From NCBI RefSeq assembly GCF_001194135.2, contig NC_068986.1, positions 26,288,921 through 26,352,920 on the forward strand: a stretch of 64,000 bases of DNA. The letters are read 5' to 3'. Positions 56,830 through 64,000 of the stretch are shown piece by piece. Each line of letters opens with the position of its first letter. Position 1 is the first letter of the stretch. This DNA comes from Octopus bimaculoides. Its lineage: Eukaryota. The notes under the pieces are model-generated. The model saw nothing but the letters and a program-made list of their open reading frames with translations. It did no database searches and was not told where the DNA came from. The position numbers and the translations under genes were made by a program.

Positions 56830-57300
56830 TTTACTCTCATCATTCTTCTCCATGCTGCTCCAAACATCTTTCTTAAATCATCTTCTCACCTTACTGGAGG
56901 TCTTCTGAGTGGTCTCTTCTGTTCACATAACAACTGCATGGGTCCACCGATTGTCTGTGAACCTTGCAACATGACCAGTCCATCATAGCTTTGTGTGGTG
57001 GTATTCTGTGACGATGTCCTTCACTCTAGTTCTATTCTTGATCTCCTTGTTCTAGATATGATCTCTTAGCAAGATTCCCAACATCAACCTTTCCATGGCT
57101 CTCTGTACTGTAAGCAGTTGTTCTTCTCTCTTCGCCAAGGCCCAAGTCTCACATGCTTATAGCATTGCAGGCAAAACTGCTGTTGCAGAGATTGGTATGA
57201 GGTGCCTTGTCTAGGTTTGCTTTCACATTTTTCACCAAGTTGAACATTCTCCATCCTGCTCTTACCCTTCATGAGATCTCATTTTCCATCTCTCGCCTCA
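56830..57300 (-). mobile_element. Degraded RTE LINE C-terminal fragment
   Basis: Minus strand LPAML.ACETWALAKREEQLLTVQRAMERLMLGILLRD...WTGHVARFTDNRWT. Confidence 0.8.
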
Positions 57301-58116
57301 TAGTCACTTCTTGACTAAGAAAATACACATAGCTGCTCATATATATAATCCTCAGTAGCTCATATATCCATCACCTGAAATGTTTAGAAACTGAAACTAT
57401 TTTTCCCATAGTAAATTCAAGAGAAGGCACAGCAAAGTGAAGCAGGGATGTGCACTGAGCAAAAGCTAGACAGCAACTAATGTTTTCCTAGTGATACTCC
57501 CTGCTTGTTGCCAATCATTGTTTCTGGCTTGTGTGTTTGATACTCAAGAAACTATTCATCACCTGAAACGTTCTATGTTCAAAAAATTGTTCATGATGAG
57601 AGAAGTTTGTTACCTGAGGTTTCNNNNNNNNNNNNNNNNNNNNNNNNNNNNNNNNNNNNNNNNNNNNNNNNNNNNNNNNNNNNNNNNNNNNNNNNNNNNN
57701 NNNNNNNNNNNNNNNNNNNNNNNNNNNNNNNNNNNNNNNNNNNNNNNNNNNNNNNNNNNNNNNNNNNNNNNNNNNNNNNNNNNNNNNNNNNNNNNNNNNN
57801 NNNNNNNNNNNNNNNNNNNNNNNNNNNNNNNNNNNNNNNNNNNNNNNNNNNNNNNNNNNNNNNNNNNNNNNNNNNNNNNNNNNNNNNNNNNNNNNNNNNN
57901 NNNNNNNNNNNNNNNNNNNNNNNNNNNNNNNNNNNNNNNNNNNNNNNNNNNNNNNNNNNNNNNNNNNNNNNNNNNNNNNNNNNNNNNNNNNNNNNNNNNN
58001 NNNNNNNNNNNNNNNNNNNNNNNNNNNNNNNNNNNNNNNNNNNNNNNNNNNNNNNNNNNNNNNNNNNNNNNNNNNNNNNNNNNNNNNNNNNTATATATAT
58101 ATATATATATATATAT

Positions 58117-58440
58117 GTGGTGAAGGCACATGGCTCAGTGGCTAGTGTGTCAGGCTCACAATCATGAGGTAGTGAGTTCGATTCCTGGACTAGGCTGTGT
58201 ATTGTGTTCTTGAGCAAGACACTTTATTTTCACATTGTTGCAGTTTGCTCAGCTGTAGAAATATGTTGTGACATCACTGGTGCCAAGCTGTATTGGCTTT
58301 TGCCATTCCCTTGGATAACATCGGTGGTGTGGAGATGAGAGGCTGTTATGCATGGGCGACTACTGGTCTTCCTTGCCCATACTTATGCCTCAGAGGGTAA
58401 CTTTCTAGGTGCAATGTGATGGTCATTCATGAATGAAGAG
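58117..58440 (+). mobile_element. tRNA-derived SINE, second family
   Basis: A box TGGCTCAGTGG and B box GAGTTCGATTCC, followed by GTGTTCTTGAGCAAGACACTT. Confidence 0.7.
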
Positions 58441-61341
58441 GTGGGGATCTTTGTACTTTGTATGTATATATGTATATATATATATACATGTATGACAGAC
58501 AACTTTCAATTTCCAGAGCTATAGCAGAAGATACTTGCCCAAGATACCATATAATGTGACTGAACCAAAGACCATGTGATTGGAGAGCAAACTTCTTACC
58601 AAACAGCTATGCCTGGGCCATACACATGGTGATGGCATGCCCCGAGTAGTCTGTCTATCCTTCACCGCTGCCACTTTACTCTCCACTTTTTTTCTAAATC
58701 AAAACTTAACCTCACTGTAAATGTTTTTCTATACCAATCTTTAGCTTGCTACCGCCCACAACAACCCTTTCTCTAATCCCAAATATTTATTTTGAAGGCT
58801 ACAAATTTTAGAGGAGAATATCAGCAAATACATCAGTTCCAATCAGTACCCAACTGGTTCTTTATTTATCAACCCAGAAAAATGAAAAGAACAGTTGACC
58901 TTAGTAGCTTTTGAACTCAGAAGATAAAGGACAATCTCTAACTAATAACCACAAACACATTTGAGTTTCAAATGTCATTGTCTTTCTGAAAATACATTTG
59001 ACTGATAAATATTCTTTGTCTGTCTGTCTCTTTCTCTTTCCTTCTCTCCTTCCCTTGCGCTCTCTCTGTCAAGTAAGGTCTGTCTGTCTCTGTCTCTCTG
59101 TGTCTCTCACTTTCTCTCTCTCCTTCCCCTCTTCCCCCCATCTCTCCTCTCCCTCTCCCATTTTTCAATTGCATACACTCACACATATGCACTAAAGATC
59201 TTCTGGTCACTGCTAACAGAGATTTAAAATCACGCCCTTAGTGTCTAAAACAATAGTACATCAAATATTAGAGTCCAAGATACACAATGACTGGAAAAAG
59301 ATAGGATGGTTATGGCTGGAATATTTTTGGTCATAGTAGATTTGTTTGATCAGAACATAGGACCAACAACAACTACAAGATCAAGAACAAATGATTATTA
59401 TGAAAGAAAAGACAAAGGGGAAAATGGTATAGATTAGGATACCTGCTCTAATTCATATTCTGGACAATGACTTGCATTTTAAACTTGATACATTCTAGTA
59501 AAATCAAATGGCTAAACACTGTTGTATTTTGTCACAGGAGAGCTTTTCTTTTAGGTTTAATATATGTTTATATCACACTCAATTCATTAGCACAGGCGAT
59601 TCTAGGACAGCCAATGTTTCAACAACATTGTGTCTTGTCAGCCAGAAGCACACATAAGTCAATGAATCTCTTGTTTATGATTTCAGTTTCAAATTTTGGC
59701 ACAGGGCCAGTAGTTTTTGAGGGAAGGAGGAAGCTGATTACATCGATCCCAGCACTTGACTAGTATTTGTTTTATCAACCCTAAAAGGATTCTGGGACAG
59801 CCAATGTTTTGACATCATTATGTTTCATCAGCCAAAAGCGCCTTTGGGCTAACAAATCTAGCAAGAGGATGCTCTCGTTTGTAATTTCAATGAGATAATG
59901 GTTCAAATTTTGGCATAGGTCCAGCAATTTTTTTTTTTTTTTGTGTGTGTGGTTGGGGTAGCTGATTACATCAACCCCTGTACTTGATTGGTACTTATTT
60001 TATTGACCCCAAACGGATGAAAGGCCAAGTCAGCCATGACAAAATTTGAACTCAGAATGTAAAGATGGATGCAATATCTCTAAGCCTTTTGTCTGACAAG
60101 CTAACAGTTCCGTCAGATTGCTGCCTTACTTTAGTGGAATGATAATTGCAAAAACAGCGTAAGTACAAAAACTAAAAGTGCATTTTGGATTAAATTGAGG
60201 GAAAGATTTAATACAAATTTGTTTAAGTTGACCCTTGGTATAATTATTAAGTCCTGCTTATATGCATGACTGCTTTAATTTCTTTTCTACAGGAGTATCA
60301 ACAAATCACAAACTAATAACTATTGTTGTTTAGTAAGCAAGTTGACATCTTTGATTTAACTAGTAATTGTTATACATTAGTGATAGTAATTTTATAAAAT
60401 TACCGTCAGTTAACATGACTGGTAACTCTGTAATTAGTGCTCACAGTTAATACAGATTTTTATACCTCCTTGAAAAATTATCAGTTGATATTTTTTTTAA
60501 ATGTTAAAAGCAGAAGGAAGTTGCAAGGTGATTTTATTATACAGTCACAGGCATGGCTGTGCGGGTAAGAAGCTTGCTTCCCTATCATGTGGTCTTGGTT
60601 TCAGTCCCACAGTGTATCGCCTTGGGCAAGTGTCTCCTGTTATAGTCCCAGGCCAACCAAAGTCTTGTTGGTGGACTTGATGAATGGAAACGTGCACGTA
60701 TGCCAAAATTTGAAACCATTATCTCACATACACACACGCACGAATGCTTGTGGATATAGCTATGTGAATGGCTTTGAGCCTGTGTCCCTCACCACTGCTT
60801 GAAAACCAGTGTTAGTTGGTTTATGTCCCCATAACTTAGCAGTTCAACAAAAGATACCAATAGTACTTGTTAAAAAAATAGTCACTAGGGTCAATTTATT
60901 CTACTAAACCCTTCAAGCTGGTGTCCCAGCATAGCCACAACCCAGTGTCTGAAACAAGTAAAAGATAAAGATACTAACACATTTCATCCCTCTACATTCT
61001 TTTATTTAACAAGTAATTGCTGTATGTTAGTGATAGTGATTTTGTAAAATTATCTTCAGGTGTAATACAATGCTATTTAGCCTCAGGTGAGCATTGATTG
61101 AGCAGGCCTATCATCAAAGACATTCCAGATATGACTATTCCATCTATTTTTTAATTTTTTTTTATTTACAATATATCTAGGATTCTATTAATTAATGTGT
61201 CCATCAGTTTTTAGGATGATAGAATGGAGTTTGAGAGAGATTTTGTTACTTATAGTAAATTGAACAAGTACATATAGGTTCACATAGATTAGTAAAATAA
61301 GTACTGAAGTTAATTCAAATAGCTACTTCACTTCAACTATT

Positions 61342-61730
61342 TGTTGGTTGGCACTCCATCGGTTACGACGACGAGGGTTCCAGTTGATCCGATCAATGGA
61401 ACAGCCTGCTTGTGAAATTAACGTGCAAGTGGCTGAGCACTCCACAGACACGTGTACCCTTAACGTAGTTCTCGGGGGAGATTCAGCGTGACACAGAGTG
61501 TGACAAGGCTGGCCCTTTGAAATACAGGTACGACAGAAACAGGAAGATAGAGTGAGAGAAAGTTGTGGTGAAAGAGTACAGCAGGGTTCGCCACCACCCC
61601 CTGCCGGAGCCTCGTGGAGCTTTAGGTGTTTTCGCTCAATAAGCACTCACAATGCCCAGAGTGGGAATCGAAACCATGATCCTATGACTGCGAGTCCACT
61701 GCCCTAACCACTGGGCCATTGCGCCTCCAC
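61342..61730 (-). mobile_element. Young full-length tRNA-derived SINE with 11-bp target-site duplication
   Basis: Direct repeat CTTCAACTATT at 61331-61341 and 61731-61741. The head has A box TGGCCCAGTGG and B box GGTTTCGATTCC, and the element is CpG-rich. A head-only copy lies at 44121-44233 (-). Confidence 0.9.
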
Positions 61731-62580
61731 CTTCAACTATTAGAGTTAAAGTAAAGCCAAGAAACAGTCCACCTCAGGTGAACTGTTTGGGGACTATTTG
61801 GTGGGCAGATGATTTGGCACAAATGATCAGACAGTCAGCCTGTTTTGGGTGTCATCATGTATTGTACACTTTTGTAGCATATTTATGACACTACAACAAA
61901 AGTCTTCTTGATTAAACACAAGATCTCTGATTGGGTGAAGCCACAGTGCTACTTTGTTCTGACTTTCTCATATTGTTTTGTTGTTAGAGATATTGGGGTT
62001 GGTTTGCCGTTGCCTTCCCCCAGCTAGATGGCTGTTGACTCACAAGGAGCTCATCTGTCCATCAACAGGTCTGTTTTTAATACTGCTGGGTATCCAGACA
62101 ACCTGCTCACAAGAGGAAGTTATCAATCAAAAAAGAAGCATCTTTTTGAATTCAAGCTCAGAAGAATTAACAAAAATTTTTTAAATAATTGCATGTGGCA
62201 GCTTCATATTTCATATTCCTTAGAGCACTATTTTTTCTTCCCATATGAATTTCATAGCAACTTTTACTGTAATGAGAACTGATTTCAAATTTGGCATAAG
62301 GCTAGCAATTTTGGGAAGTGGATAAATCAATTATATTGACCCCAGTGTTCAACTGGTACTTATTTTATCAACCCTGAAAGAAAGAAAGGCAAAGCTGACC
62401 TCAGGAGAATTTGAATGTAAAGATATACAAAATGCTGCTAAGCATTTTGCCCTGCAGGCTAACAGTTCTGCCGGCTCACTGCTTTATTTTGTTGTATTAA
62501 GAAGAATTAAGGACAACAAATAAAATATCTAACAGTGACATTACAAAATGTCTTGTTTTATATGTCACTCCTCATGAACA

Positions 62581-62582
<2 letters not shown>

Positions 62583-62622
<40 letters not shown>

Positions 62623-62760
62623 CACGCACACGCACACACACGTACACTCGCGCACACACCCGCACACACGTACACTCGCATACACACGCACACACACACA
62701 CACTCACTCACTCACTCACACACACAGACACACACACAAACACACACACACACACACGCA
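62583..62760. repeat. Compound (CA)n/(CG) microsatellite
   Basis: Directly visible; many further (TA)n, (CA)n and (GA)n tracts occur across the window. Confidence 0.9.
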
Positions 62761-63917
62761 ATACATATTTTTTTATAAATCACATGCAGCACCTCAATTA
62801 TTATCGTACAGTACACAGAGCATATAATAAACAAAACAAAAAAAAGGAAAAAATGCCAAATATCTTGAGCACTCCTAAGTAAACCATTTAAAGCAAGAAA
62901 AGTACAAAACTAGTCTGAATACAGATTTATCTGCAACCACAATTTACAATAAGTTACAAATAATTTCAGTACAACTCTCTCTCCGCCACTCAGACTCACA
63001 TATATACCACATATCATAAAGCCACCTACACATCAAAGAGAAGCGTATAAAATAGAAAGACCATTTTAAAATATGTCAGTTCATGCATACAATTTGCAAT
63101 AACCCACACAGTCCCAACAGTACAATGTTTAAGCACGGTTTTGCACTGGGACATTCAAGTCAAAGTGGAGAGTCTCTATGTGGTTATTCAAGATGTTAGA
63201 AATGTTAGCTAAAACCTCTCGCTTTTGAATTGCACACCCTAACAGTTTAAAAATGCGACACATTGCATACACTGTTTAGAAGCAGGTGTGTTTGTGCAGT
63301 AAGAAGTTTGTTTCGTAACCACACGGTTCCATGTTCGGTTCCATTGTGTGGTGTGTTGAGCCATTTTCTTCAACTACAACCCAAGTCCGCTGAAGCTTTG
63401 TGACTGGTTTTGGTTGAGGAGAAATAGAAAGAAGCCTATCCCATACGTGTGTGTGTGTGTGTGTGTGTTTACGTTTGTGTTTGTTTCCCACCACTGCATG
63501 GCAACCGGTGTTGGTTTGTTTACATCCTCATAACTTAACAGTTTGACAAAAAGAGCCTGATGGAATAAATATCAGACTTAAAAAGATAAGTAGTGGGTTT
63601 GATTTGTTTAACTAAACCCAGCAGGCTGGTACTCCAGCATGACCACAGTCCAATGACTGAAACAAATAAAAGATAAAAGATATAAACAAGCTTGTCATTA
63701 TTAGAATACCACTTTCTCGATGGTTTAGTGTAGAAGAGAGGACTGTGCTCATAATATTCACAGAATCTCCAAGACTTGTGATACAACATGGTTAATGTTC
63801 TTTTTGAACAGTTCCAAGTTGACGACTGCAGGGAGCAAAAAAATGGGCAGGAATTGAATTCTAGAGGACTCGAGTTGTGAGGAGAAGGATTTGGAAAAGT
63901 GGTTAGTGTGGTCCTGA

Positions 63918-64000
63918 GAAGAAGAAGAAGAAGAAGAAGAAGAAGAAGAAGAAGAAGAAGAAGAAGAAGAAGAAGAAGAAGAAGAAGAAGAAGAAGAAGA
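63918..64000. repeat. (GAA)n microsatellite
   Basis: Uninterrupted GAA run to the window end. Confidence 0.95.

Noticed and set aside
57369-57575. Two CATCACCTGAAA motifs suggesting minus-strand exons or a snoRNA
   Set aside because: No matching donor, ORF or D box at plausible spacing; next to a gap.

Overview
AT-rich, microsatellite- and SINE-dense animal genomic DNA with five assembly gaps. The repeat families look like those of octopus/coleoid cephalopods; this is inferred from recall, not proven. Two complete spliced genes can be reconstructed by hand. The first is a 15-exon translation elongation factor 2 on + (11619-19425, 836 aa) with a TCT/TOP-like promoter; it is divergent at several positions that are conserved in human eEF2. 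The second is an atypical ERK3/ERK4 (MAPK6/MAPK4)-like kinase on - (23637-19939, 619 aa, 4 coding exons), convergent with eEF2 and only 513 bp away. Its activation loop is T-D-Q and it carries an FRIEDE-like motif (FFIEHE). The rest is intron or intergenic sequence: decayed mariner (DD34D) and maT (DD37D) transposons, MITEs, RTE, CR1/L2-like and R4/Dong-like LINE fragments, several SINE-like families and long hairpin elements. The best leads are the kinase's non-canonical activation loop, four conserved eEF2 glycines encoded one A-to-G change from Gly, a bipartite RTE element with a decayed ribozyme-like 5' end, and an H/ACA-like fold near 7.3 kb. Human reference motifs and repeat-family assignments are from memory; no searches were run.
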